A stretch of DNA of 64,000 bases from Eledone cirrhosa (taxonomy: Eukaryota): assembly GCA_964016885.1 (NCBI GenBank), contig OZ024747.1, positions 58,714,001 to 58,778,000 on the forward strand. The letters are read 5' to 3'. Of this stretch, positions 12,635 to 25,099 are shown piece by piece. The position numbers and the translations under genes are program-made. Numbering within the stretch: the stretch's first letter is position 1; every line of letters begins with the position of its first letter. Under the pieces are notes generated by a model that had not been told where the DNA came from, ran no database searches, and worked only from the letters and a program-made list of their open reading frames with translations.

Positions 12635-14707
12635 CTACCCCCCCGGGTCATTATGGGGTTTGAGGGCGAGGTAAGTCCTACGCAATCTATGTTTACATGC
12701 AGTAACCAGTTCATCTTTCTTGTTTAGGAGTTGGTCCGTCGAAAACAGCATTTGTAAAGTTTCCTCCGAGCATAAATTGCACGGACGGCGTCCTCCCGTG
12801 TAAGAATTGGCTCTGGACAGTAATCTCCAAGTGAGATCATAGGTGATGTTGTTGTCCTTGAGGTCCCATATGTGGCCCGAAAGTGTAGTGGCGTGACGCC
12901 GGGCCGGGTTTCGGAAGGTATGTCTATGTTGGTATAGCCGGGTCTTGAAGTCACATGCGGTAAGTCCTATATAGGCTTTGTTGGAGGTATCCGTCCTCAC
13001 GTTGCACTGGTAGATCACATTACGGTCTCTGCATCTATTGTCGAGTGGGCAAATAGATCTATCCGGGCAGTTACACCTCCTGGTCGGTTCTCCACTGCTA
13101 ATTAGGTTATTTCTGCCATCGGGGTTGAGTTTTTTGTTGTTAGAGGAGACGATGTTTTGTGCGAAGTTTGGTGTAGTGCTGTAAGAGAGTTTGATGGTAT
13201 TTTTGTTAATTATGTTGTGGTAGCGGTGTTGTAATGGGAAGTGTTTTTCAATGAGCCTAAAGAATAGTTTCCCGATGGGAGTAGTCACCTCTGCGTTGTG
13301 GGGAGGATTGAACCATGTTACATTGCGTGAGCGGCGGTGTCTCCTGCTGGTTCCGCTAATGGGAGCTGGACAGTAGGATATTTCCTCCCGGAAACCACTC
13401 CGCTTGAGGGCCTGGTTGTAATAAGGCGCATGTTCATCGAATATCCGCTCATTAGCTGACAAACGGGATATGCGGAGGGAGATGTTTTTGACCAGGTTGT
13501 TTGTGATGTTCCTAGGATGGTTTGATCGGCGGTGGATGTAGTGCAGATTGTCATTAGGTTTCCTGTATGGGTAGTACAGGTCGTTTTCGAGGTCGAGGGT
13601 TACGTCCAGGAAGTTTACTCGGGTCAGGGACGTTTGTAGGGTTATTTTAAATCCCCAGTCGCGGAAGAATCTGATTAATTGTTTCCGGACCCGATCTGTA
13701 CTACTGGGGTTGTACCCTTTAAGGGTAAGGAGCCCATCATCACGGTACAATCCACCACCGAATGCAGGAAACATATCAGTGAGTTTGGCTATTAGGAATA
13801 ATCCTATAAGATCAGTGACCTCCGCCGAATCCGTGGCGCCCATGCTGACATCGAAGGGTGAGTCGGGAGCTCTTTTTATCCATTTAGAGTCGTCAAAGAG
13901 TAAGACTGTCTTCCTGGCGTGGAGGATGATTTTTCTTTCCTGGTCGGTGATGGGCACGAGTGTTTCGGCGAAGTCCAAGGCGGCAGTAAGTAGCGGTAAG
14001 GTGATAGAAGCATAGTAGCTCTCTATGTCGAACTGTATGAATTTAGTTTCTCGTTTATCCTCCATATTGCTGAACCAGGAGATTACTTCCTGGGTGTTGA
14101 TCCATAGGCTAAGTCGGGTGTGTTGCTTGACTTTTGGTATCACGCGGTCTAGGATTATTTTGCTGATTCTCCCTATGTCGGACTTCGTTGGGTTAATAAG
14201 CCTGATGGAGGGTTTACGGTCAAAATCGGATTTATGGTCCTTCAGTGTGAAGTATGGTGTCCGTGGGTCTAGAGGTTCCGTGCGGTCGGCGACCCCGAGG
14301 CTGGAGGTGATTTGTTGTCCATCTCGATTTATGTCCTCGATACAAGAGTGGTTGGCCTTTTTATAGGTGGAGTTTAGGCTGCTCCTGATCAGTGTGTGGT
14401 ATCTGTCAGGGTTGACAAAGTATAGGTTCCCAGTTTTATCCGAATGCACCATGATGTCATTTGTGTTATCATACTCTGTTAAGTTGCTACGGAGTTTTTG
14501 TAGGAATCGGTTGTGTCTGGGTTTAAATTTGATGTTCTTGACCAGTTGGAAGAGGTCATTCTCGAAGGGTGCGAGCAAGGGGTTCAGGGGCGGAGATTTG
14601 TAGGTAATAAATCCGAATCTCTCCTTGGTGCCGAAGTCTTGGTTGTCGCAATATCTGTCATAGAAAAAAGTTCTCCATCTAAGTCTTTTCGCAAATAGAT
14701 CAATTTT
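12635..14707 (-). CDS. PLE polyprotein: reverse transcriptase + Cys linker + GIY-YIG endonuclease (N-terminus missing)
   Basis: Motifs SDKTGN, QFDIESYY, MGATDSAEV, LYRDDGL, NFLDVTL, CNCPDRSICPLDNRC, VIYQC..YIGLT, CNLCSEE, CKH. The frame stays open upstream of the called TTG (KIDLFAKRLRWRTFFYD...RFGF) up to the (TA)n junction. Confidence 0.92.
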   Translation of the reverse strand, partial: KIDLFAKRLRWRTFFYDRYCDNQDFGTKERFGFITYKSPPLNPLLAPFENDLFQLVKNIKFKPRHNRFLQKLRSNLTEYDNTNDIMVHSDKTGNLYFVNPDRYHTLIRSSLNSTYKKANHSCIEDINRDGQQITSSLGVADRTEPLDPRTPYFTLKDHKSDFDRKPSIRLINPTKSDIGRISKIILDRVIPKVKQHTRLSLWINTQEVISWFSNMEDKRETKFIQFDIESYYASITLPLLTAALDFAETLVPITDQERKIILHARKTVLLFDDSKWIKRAPDSPFDVSMGATDSAEVTDLIGLFLIAKLTDMFPAFGGGLYRDDGLLTLKGYNPSSTDRVRKQLIRFFRDWGFKITLQTSLTRVNFLDVTLDLENDLYYPYRKPNDNLHYIHRRSNHPRNITNNLVKNISLRISRLSANERIFDEHAPYYNQALKRSGFREEISYCPAPISGTSRRHRRSRNVTWFNPPHNAEVTTPIGKLFFRLIEKHFPLQHRYHNIINKNTIKLSYSTTPNFAQNIVSSNNKKLNPDGRNNLISSGEPTRRCNCPDRSICPLDNRCRDRNVIYQCNVRTDTSNKAYIGLTACDFKTRLYQHRHTFRNPARRHATTLSGHIWDLKDNNITYDLTWRLLSRANSYTGGRRPCNLCSEETLQMLFSTDQLLNKKDELVTACKHRLRRTYLALKPHNDPGG

Positions 14708-14849
14708 ATATATATAGATATATATTATATATATAGATATATATATTATATATGTATATATATTATATATATATATATTATATATATAGATATATATATT
14801 ATATATGTATATATATTATATATATATATATATATTATATATATAGATA

Positions 14850-14922
<73 letters not shown>

Positions 14923-15072
14923 ATATATTATATATATATTATATATATATATTTTATATATATATATATATATTATATATATATATTATATATATACATA
15001 TTATATATATATATTTATATATATATTATATATATATATATTATATATATATATTTATATATATATTATATA

Positions 15073-15115
<43 letters not shown>

Positions 15116-15117
15116 AT

Positions 15118-15165
<48 letters not shown>

Positions 15166-15189
15166 ACACAATATATATATATAATATAG

Positions 15190-15263
<74 letters not shown>

Positions 15264-15296
15264 ATATATATTATAAATATATATATATATATATAT

Positions 15297-15366
<70 letters not shown>

Positions 15367-15490
15367 TTTAAGATTAACTTTGGATGAGCTGCGTAACATA
15401 GAGTGCTTTTCGTACAATTACATCATTGATTAACTAAACGGAATGATCAGTTCATTCCAGTGCTGAACCACTAAAGTACACACACACATA

Positions 15491-15643
<153 letters not shown>

Positions 15644-16073
15644 ATTATGCTAATTGGGAGAGGAAACGGTATATATTTTATCTGGTGATTCTATAGACAT
15701 GTTTTATGATATATATATATATATATTAGCCGATAGAAAAATAATATTTAAAAAATACAACATAATTCTTTTCCCAAAAATAATTTATAAGTATTCGAAA
15801 GATGTCAAAATTATTACAGTTCAGAAACTTCACAAATGGCTACATTTACTTATTTCTCAGACATTCAGTTCGTTTGAGTTTTTTTATTGAACATTTTACT
15901 AGCAATTCATCTGTCTCTTCCTTTCAATGGCCACCTGCACCTCCTCACTCTGGTTCTCTCTCTCCCTCTCTCTCTCTCTTTCTCTCATATATATATATAT
16001 AAACCTGTAAGACATATATTTATTATAAGAACAGATTAAAGTTTAAGCGAACAATCGCTGCTGTGACCTTTAC

Positions 16074-16157
<84 letters not shown>

Positions 16158-16189
16158 GTATATAGGTATAGATATATATCTGAATGTAT

Positions 16190-16250
<61 letters not shown>

Positions 16251-16713
16251 TATAGGTGTGTGTGTGTGTGTGTTTGCGTCCTTCCCGTATACACATACCC
16301 ACACACAAATACATTGAAACACACTCTGAGCATCATATATGTCTCGTCTGACACCAGCCGATTCCACATCCCACTTCACTGTTTGATATACTCTTCCTCA
16401 TCTATCTATCTCCATATTATTACCTCTCCGTGCTATCCATCTCCACCACCTCTCTGTCTCTATCTATCTATCCTATCTCTTCCTCTCACCATCCCTCCTC
16501 CTCTCCCACCCTCTAGACGTCAATTAGGACTTATCTGACTACCACCATTAGTAGTTTTCGACGTGTACTAAAATGTTAGAACTATTCACATATATTTTAC
16601 GCTTCCTGAATTTTTACCCGTTATAAGGGAAATAAATCATGTGTAAAGGATCAAACAAGCGAAGTGAATTAACTGACTTCTGGCTGTGTAGCGCACAACG
16701 ATCAAAACACAAT

Positions 16714-16747
<34 letters not shown>

Positions 16748-17078
16748 GCGTGTGTCTGTGTGTGTGTATAACGTGTAGACACACACATATATATATGTGT
16801 ATGTATATATATTCACGTATATTATATGCAGTATATGCATATATATATAACGTGTATGTGTGCACATATATGTATACCTACATAATATATCTGATTTTGT
16901 ATATGTATAATGAATCTATATGTATGTATGTATGTATAAATGTATGTATGTATTTAAATTTAAATTATCACTAAACACTTTTATATATTAAAGAATTGTA
17001 ATTTTTGTAAATACTGCAGATATATTTGAAAATTTGGAAATATTCATGTGGAAATGTTTGTGGCTTTGACATCTATGG

Positions 17079-17142
<64 letters not shown>

Positions 17143-17346
17143 GGGGGGGTAAGCAAAAGGGATATTCAATTTTTTTGTAATTCAACAAATATAAATGTTT
17201 ATAACTGATTTATAACCTCCTTTGCATACTCATCTTAATAATTTGAAATATCTTACTTTTCTTCTCTTTTCCTTCATTATCCAGTTAAAACTTTAACCGT
17301 TAAGGTATTTTTCTTGGTTATTTCAAGATTTATAAAATAAACTTTG

Positions 17347-17407
17347 TATTTTATCTGATGAGAGCGTACCAATCTTTTGGTACCCTTGAAATATATATAA
17401 TAGAATA
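17347..17407 (+). ncRNA. Type I minimal hammerhead ribozyme (family C)
   Basis: Stem I TATTTTAT/ATAGAATA, CTGATGA, stem II GAG.GTACCAA/TTGGTAC.CTT, GAAA-TATATA-TA (palindromic stem III, AUA site). Confidence 0.8.
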
Positions 17408-17448
17408 AATATGGTTTTATAAATATAGTTTCCATTTACTTAACATCA

Positions 17449-17520
17449 TTACGGGGTCGATAAAATAAAGTACCAGTAATACACTGGGATAATTGCTGGC
17501 CTTGTGCCTAAAGTAGAAAC

Positions 17521-17525
<5 letters not shown>
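17449..17525 (+). mobile_element. SINE 3' half
   Basis: TTACGGGGTCGATAAAATAAAGTACCAG...GCTGGCCTTGTGCCTAAAGTAGAAAC. Confidence 0.8.
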
Positions 17526-17586
<61 letters not shown>

Positions 17587-19553
17587 CAATAGTCGTTTGA
17601 TAGTTTATATGCAAAATACGAACACAAATTTTTACAATATGCGTGTGTTTTCTCAAAATAAGCTGGGTGCATTGGGAACGAATAAGATTCTATTTCAAAA
17701 TGTTAAAAACACGACTCAATGTTCATATGTCAACGGGGAGAAAGAATTTATCTAAAAATGAAGACAACAAACGCATGTTTCACATTGATTATTTTGCCAA
17801 ATATTTTGCCTAAATAAAGATGTACAAATATATTTTGTGTATTTTTAGCCATATCTGTTTTTAATTTATTATACGCTAAGTATAAATAGTGCTTTTGAGT
17901 ACAATTTTAAGACCAAGTCTTAAAAATTATTTATTTATTTTAATATACACCATAAGTGGGGAGAACCAGAGTTGGATTAAAACCTTAGAGGGACTGGGGC
18001 ACTATAGGTTTACATGGCCCCTCATACACAAAGAATTGAAATACACAGCCCCCCCCCCCTCCCAATGTACATGTCAAAGTTAGCTTGGCGCAAATAATTG
18101 AAATGGAAACGTTATACATACTGGTATTAAAATACACAATTTTAATCATCTTAAAACTAAAAACCCAACTAATGGCACAAATAAATTTTGACGGCTGTCG
18201 CTGGTACCCCCTTACTCCAGAGGGACCCGGGCCAATGTCCCTCTCTTCCCACCATTAATTACGGATCTGGGGCAACTGTTCTAACCTAGCTGAAGTTATG
18301 TTATTTTAAGATACCTCTGATAACATTTATATGTTTCTGTCTGGTTATGTAGATGATAATTCGCTGTTCAGTTTTAATGTTTGAGAGAAATGTTTGTATA
18401 TGCAACACTCCTCATAGACACAAACATTTCAAATAGCATTTAATTGTTTAAAAATATTGCCTGAGCCTAATAGACGCCCTGAATCATTGCAAGGTCTTAT
18501 TTGTTTACAGGGATCAGATATGGTTTGAGAGAGCTGTATCAACATTTTGTGTAAATATTATTATGTTGATTATATCTATATTTAAATAAGTCTGACGTTA
18601 ACCTGTTGTTATGAAAAAGAAGTTTTTAATTAATATACCAATAATCCCCTCCTTCTCCTAATTGGCAGTTGATGTTGTAGTGCTGTGATTATTTCGCTTA
18701 TGGAAAGTGGAACTGCTTTTATTAATAATTCACGTATAATAAGGTGGTTGTTAGGTTTGCTTTCAAAGTTTCAGTGCATATCGGTTGAAGGTATTTCCAT
18801 TTATTTTATGTTCTTTTCAATCAGAAAAAAAAAACTATTCCTAGTGGAATAGGTCATACACTATATCAACTTTTCTTTGCTTTAAATATAATAAAAATAA
18901 TGAAAAATACAAATTAAAAATCAAATGAAAGATACAAATCGTACTTTATGTAATTATATATTTAATGCCTTCTGTTAAATATCTGGAGATCATTGTTTTG
19001 TTATATAAGCATGCTAATGTATTGAATGAGGTTTTGTCGAAATGCACGGCTAACAAATTTTACGAATACGCGGTGTGATTTGAATTGTTATCACAGCATT
19101 ATAAACACATACCTATCTAAAAATCTATTAATAATACATAAAATTTAATCAAATATCAATGAAAAAATTCATTGCTTTACATAGAACAGGGTTGAACATT
19201 CTAGACGGAGAATAGATCTTACGTTACCATAAATGCCCATAAACACAGTTTTCCCAATCAAACCACCGCCTGACTCGGGTAACGAAAGAAAACATTCCAA
19301 AGAAAAGCTTGTAAAAACAACTTAGTGATCAGTAAAAAGAAAATTTAAAAAATGTCTACATGTTGCATCTTATCGGTTTATTCTTCACATTTCTTATTAC
19401 TATTTTCAGTGATCCATTTTATTTTTGTAGGATTATGACATCGTCGTCTCTGGTCGGTATGAGATTACACAGAAGAAAGCACAGAGAAACACATTCATAT
19501 ATGCATACAAAACGAACATACATTAAAACTGAGAGTAATATATATGTAAATAC

Positions 19554-19664
<111 letters not shown>

Positions 19665-19967
19665 GTAACCAGATACTACGTTATATAGGATTTAAGCAAT
19701 ATGTTTGAAAGACAATGGGAAACAAAAAATCTTGACATTAAACCATTGTGCTACCGTCTTAGAACTTGGTAGGATATTTGTCTGACGAACTGGAATCAAT
19801 CTTGAAAACTATAGCTGGAGTACTATTGATAAATTCAGATTGCGATACATATTATAATAAAGTATTGTGAATAATATCAAGTGGTTTTATTTTCTTTGTT
19901 GTCATATTGCCGTTTTTATTTGTCTATTAGATAGAAGGTGGGTAGGTAGATAGATAGATAGATAGAT

Positions 19968-20036
<69 letters not shown>

Positions 20037-20204
20037 TATATGAGTTTAGTAAGATGCGAAAATAAAATAGTGTTAGGGTAGTAAATAAGGAGTAGACGAG
20101 AGAGCAAGAACTAAATTAACTACATTGTCGTGTTATCTTTAAGGACAATTATGACAAAATGATAGTAACAAAAATAACAAAACCCATAATAACATTAATA
20201 ACAA

Positions 20205-20760
20205 TAGTTTCTGATTTAGGCACAGGAGCAACGATTTTTGGGGGAAGGGAATATCGATTAAATCGACGCCAGTGTATTACAGCTACTTTATTTTATCGAC
20301 GCCATTAGGATGAAAGGCAATGTAGCTGCCATAAGCGTGACCTGACTATCATTAATAATAATGATTTTTTATATAGGCACAAAGCCAGTAATTTGGCGGG
20401 GAGGGGAAAGTCGGTTAAATTGACCCTAGTGCGTGACTTGTACTCTATTTTATCGACCCAGTAAAGATGAAAGGCAAAGTTAACTTCAGCGGGATTTGAA
20501 CTCAGACTGCAAAGGGAAGTAACTCTGTGCTGGAAATCATGGTGTCCGACTCTCTACTGATACTGCCAATCTACCACCCTATAATAATGGTTTCTTATAT
20601 ATGCACAAGGCCAGCAGTTATCTTAGTACATTGCTGGTACTTTATTTATATCGACCCCGTAGGGATGAATGGCAAAGATGACCTCGGCGGGATTTGAACT
20701 CAAAGCATAAACGGCCGTAACTCTTTGCTGCATGACGTCAGACCCTCTACCGATATTGCC
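20205..20760 (-). mobile_element. Cluster of three SINE copies (MetaSINE-type)
   Basis: Three repeats of TTTTATCGAC...GATGAAAGGCAA. Two retain the GATTTGAACTC B-box region. Confidence 0.8.
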
Positions 20761-20780
20761 ATATATATATATATATATAT

Positions 20781-21608
20781 GAATAAATTTAGTCCTTCAT
20801 CAGTGATCTTCCAACCATCATTGGTATTTCATCGCTTTAAAGACCATATACCTCCGGTTGGTGCGAGCAACGGCTAAAAAAAGTCGTTGGGACACGTAAA
20901 TAAAGGGGACACGAGAGTGTAAACAAACAAAGATGGTGAAGCAACGAAAAGTGAGGAAGAAGTGTAACCCATTAGCAACCACGCAGCACGTTTATTCTCA
21001 TATTTACACATATTTTTTCCCCCGCTGTGACCCGTCTATTTCGTTCTTACTGCTTCCTCTTTCTCTGTATCTTTACCCTCTCTAACAGTCACTCTCTCTA
21101 TTAGCCTCTTCCTCACCCTTCACTCACTCACTCTCTGTTACTACCTCTCCTCCTCCTCCTTCTTCCCGTTTGACCTGTGCGTAATTCTTTTCTTTCGCAC
21201 CCTTGGTCAGGCAGGTTCGCTTTTTTTCTCTCTCTCGTCTACGATTTCTCAGACTAGATTCCTTCTTCCTCCCGTTAGACCTTTACGGAATTCCTTCCTT
21301 GCTCACATTCCAACCAGATTTGATGGTCTTTATTCTCTCTCGTTCACGATTTCACCGAACTTATATTCATGGAAATTTGGGACTTGATTCCTTCTTCCTC
21401 ACTTTTCGTTGCTTCACGATCTTTGTTTATTTACACTCTCGTGTCCCCTTTATTTACGTGTCCCAACGACTTTTTTTAGCCGTTGCTCGCACCAACCGGA
21501 GGTATATGGTCTTTAAAGCGATGAAATACCATTGTGGGTTGGAAGATCACTGATGAAGGACTAACTTTATTCATATGTAACCCATTAGCAACCACGCAGC
21601 ACGTTTAT

Positions 21609-21613
<5 letters not shown>
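20781..21613 (+). mobile_element. Non-autonomous PLE-like cassette with inverted and direct terminal repeats (family I)
   Basis: 20781-20962 is an inverted copy of ~21391-21572. 20963-21003 is a direct repeat of 21576-21616. (TA)n flanks. Homologous to 30772-31379. Confidence 0.75.
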
Positions 21614-21670
<57 letters not shown>

Positions 21671-21727
21671 ATTACTATTATTATTCAAAGTATTAATAAA
21701 TGGATAAATTCACATAATCAAAATATG

Positions 21728-21789
21728 TTTTATTATATATATTTCGGTGGTACTGTGCTGATTTTTCAGTACGTCCTCATCAGATAAAA
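21728..21789 (-). ncRNA. Type I minimal hammerhead ribozyme (family C-related)
   Basis: Minus strand TTTTAT-CTGATGA-GG(AC)GTACTG...CAGTAC(CA)CC-GAAA-TATATA-TA-ATAAAA. Confidence 0.8.
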
Positions 21790-21879
21790 TACATAAAATG
21801 ATGTATGACATACCTTAACTGTGCTGATGGTTCAATTCCAGTCTTGGCAGTTCAATTCCAGTCTTGTTTTAACATTTGG

Positions 21880-21999
<120 letters not shown>

Positions 22000-22090
22000 T
22001 AGTAGAGTCTATATGTAATTGAAACTTCCTCGTTTATAGATATATATATAGGAGGAGGTTATAGTTCACTTGAAGTATTGTGTAATGAGA

Positions 22091-22343
22091 TATAAACGTT
22101 TCTATATGTATAATAAAGCCAAAACAATGCAGGTATGGACATAGAATAAAGAATGCAAATGCAAAAGATATTGTTGACAATTAGTCTTTTACCTTAGATT
22201 TATTTAAATGTCATTTAAATAAATTTAGGACATTTAAATAAATCTAAGGTAAAAGACTAATTGTCAACAATATCTTTTCCATTTGCATTCTTTATTCTAT
22301 GTCCATATTTGCATTGTTTTGGCTTTATTATACATATACAAAC

Positions 22344-22350
<7 letters not shown>
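22091..22350. repeat. Fold-back palindrome (arms 22091-22212 / 22229-22350)
   Basis: ~122-bp arms with a few mismatches, abutting (TA)n. Confidence 0.85.
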
Positions 22351-22416
<66 letters not shown>

Positions 22417-22554
22417 CAAAAGGGATATTTAATTTGTTGGTACTTCAACACAAACATATATTTTTATAACTGATTCGAAGCACTCGACAGTTTTCTGGAG
22501 TATAATATCAATGATATTAAATAAATGGAAACTATATTTATAAAACAAACTTTG

Positions 22555-22616
22555 TATTTTATCTGACGAGAGCGTACCAAAGTTTTTGGTACCTTTGAAA
22601 TATATATAATAGAATA
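22555..22616 (+). ncRNA. Type I minimal hammerhead ribozyme (family C, copy 2) between 42-bp inverted repeats 22505-22546 / 22623-22664
   Basis: TATTTTAT-CTGACGA-GAGCGTACCAAAGTTTTTGGTACCTTT-GAAA-TATATA-TA-ATAGAATA. Confidence 0.8.
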
Positions 22617-22658
22617 AATATGGTTTTATAAATATAGTTTCCATTTATTTAATATCAT

Positions 22659-22759
<101 letters not shown>

Positions 22760-23089
22760 ATATATAAATATATATATATATACATAATATATAAATACAT
22801 ACACGCATATATGCATATTTACATACAGATATGTGCGCTGTAAATATGTTTGTATTTTAAACGATAATATATATAAAGAGAAAAACATTCATAGTCGAAA
22901 TAGAAAAACACTATTCAGAAAACAAAATGTACGACAAACTGAAGATAAAAGGTAAAACGAAACCATTAACATATATATCAGCCACTTGTATCTATATATT
23001 ATTGAGTAGAGTTGAGAATGTAAGAGTGCGCAATGGTGGAGGTATATTGCTAACTACAGTATCACTGTTGTTGGTAGGGGTGTTATAGT

Positions 23090-24960
23090 GATGGTAGTGA
23101 TAGAGGTATTGGAGAATACTGTGTGCTGTGATGGGGTGGCATTGGTGGTGGTGGTGTTGTGACTGCAGCTGGTGCATGTATTGGTGGTGGTGTTGTTGTG
23201 ACTGCAGCTGGTGCATGTCTTGGTGGTGGTGGAGGTATTGGAGAATACTGGGTGCTGTGATGGGGTGGCAATGGTGGTGGTGGTGTTGTGACTGCAGCTG
23301 GTGCATGTCTTGGTGGTGGTGGAGGTATTGGAGAATACTGGGTGCTGTGATGGGGTGGCAATGGTGGTGGTGGTGTTGTGACTGCAGCTGGTGCATGTCT
23401 TGGTGGTGGTGGTGTTGTGACTGCAGCTGGTGCATGTCTTGGTGGTGGTGGAGGTATTGGAGAATACTGTGTGCTGTGATGGGGTGGCATTGGTGGTGGT
23501 GGTGTTGTGACTGCAGCTGGTGCATGTCTTGGTGGTGGTGGTGTTGTGACTGCAGCTGGTGCATGTCTTGGTGGTGGTGGAGGTATTGGAGAATACTGTG
23601 TGCTGTGATGGGGTGGCATTGGTGGTGGTGGTGTTGTGACTGCAGCTGGTGCATGTATTGGTGGTGGTGTTGTTGTGACTGCAGCTGGTGCATGTCTTGG
23701 TGGTGGTGGAGGTATTGGAGAATACTGGGTGCTGTGATGGGGTGGCAATGGTGGTGGTGGTGTTGTGACTGCAGCTGGTGCATGTCTTGGTGGTGGTGTT
23801 GTTGTGACTGCAGCTGGTGCATGTCTTGGTGGTGGTGGAGGTATTGGAGAATACTGGGTGCTGTGATGGGGTGGCAATGGTGGTGGTGTTGTTGTGACTG
23901 CAGCTGGTGCATGTATTGGTGGTGGTGTTGGTGGTGGTGGTGGTGGAGGTATTGGAGAATACTGGGTGCTGTGATGGGGTGGCAATGGTTGTGGTGTTGT
24001 TGTGACTGCAGCTGGTGCATGTCTTGGTGGTGGTGTTGGTGATGGTAGTGGTGGAGGTATTGGAGAATAATGTCTGCTGTGATGGGGTGGCAATGGTGGT
24101 GGTGTTGTTGTTGTGACTGCAGCTGGTGCATGTCTTGGTGGTGGTGTTGGTGGTGGTGGTGGTGGAGGTATTGGAGAATACTGTGTGCTGTGATGGGGTG
24201 GCAATGGTGGTGGTGGTGTTGTGACTGCAGCTGGTGCATGTCTTGGTGGTGGTGTTGGTGGTGGTGGTGGTGGAGGTATTGGAGAATACTGTGTGCTGTG
24301 ATGGGGTGGCAATGGTGGTGGTGGTGTTGTGACTGCAGCTGGTGCATGTCTTGGTGGTGGTGGTGTTGGTAGTGGTGGAGGTATTGGAGAATACTGTGTG
24401 CTGTGATGGGGTGGCAATGGTGGTGGTGTGGTTGTGACTGCAGCTGGTGCATGTCTTGGTGGTGGTGTTGGTGATGGTAGTGGTGGAGGTATTGCAGAAT
24501 ACTGTGTGCTGTGATGGGGTGGCAATGGTGGTGGTGGTGTTGTGACTGCAGCTGGTGCATGTATTGGTGGTGGTGGTGATGGTGGTGGTAGTGGTGGAGG
24601 TATTGGAGAATACTGTGTGCTGTGAATGGGTGGCAATGGTGGTGGTGGTGTTGTGACTGCAGCTGGTGCATGTATTGGTGGTGGTGGTGGTGGTGGTGGT
24701 AGTGGTGGAGGTATTGGAGAATACTGTGTGCTGTGATAGGGTGGCAATGGTGGTGGTGGTGTTGTGACTGCAGCTGGTGCATGTATTGGTGGTGGTGTTG
24801 GTGATGGTAGTGGTGGAGGTATTGGAGAATAATGTCTGCTGTGATGGGGTGGTAATGGTGGTGGTGTTGTGGCTGCAGCTGGTGCATGTCTTGGTGGTGG
24901 TGGTGTTGTGACTGCAGCTGGTGCATGTCTTGGTGGTGGTGTTGGTGGTGATGGTGGTGG
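23090..24960. repeat. Modular TGG-rich minisatellite
   Basis: Recurring modules TGTGACTGCAGCTGGTGCATGT and GGAGGTATTGGAGAATACTG(T/G)GTGCTGTGATGGGGTGGCA, joined by (TGG)n. Confidence 0.95.
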
Positions 24961-25099
24961 TGGTGGTAGCGGTTAAGGTGCTGAGTGTGTTGTGATCTGG
25001 TTGCAATGGAGGTGTTGTTCTGACTACAGCTGCTGCTCGTAGTGGTGGTGTGCTGTTGCTGATGCTGATGGTGGTGATGGTGAGGGTTAAGATGCTGCG

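Larger units (their letters stand above)
11314..14707 (-). mobile_element. Penelope-like retroelement (Naiad-like), 5'-truncated, inserted in (TA)n
   Basis: Uninterrupted RT-GIY-YIG ORF, 1.3 kb 3' UTR with a terminal hammerhead, and (TA)n at both junctions. Confidence 0.92.

Noticed and set aside
12635-14707. Selenoprotein-type Naiad (in-frame TGA plus SECIS)
   Set aside because: The ORF has no internal TGA, and no convincing SECIS was seen by eye.
19775-19830. CTGACGA...GAAA followed by GAGTACTA
   Set aside because: Stems do not pair convincingly.
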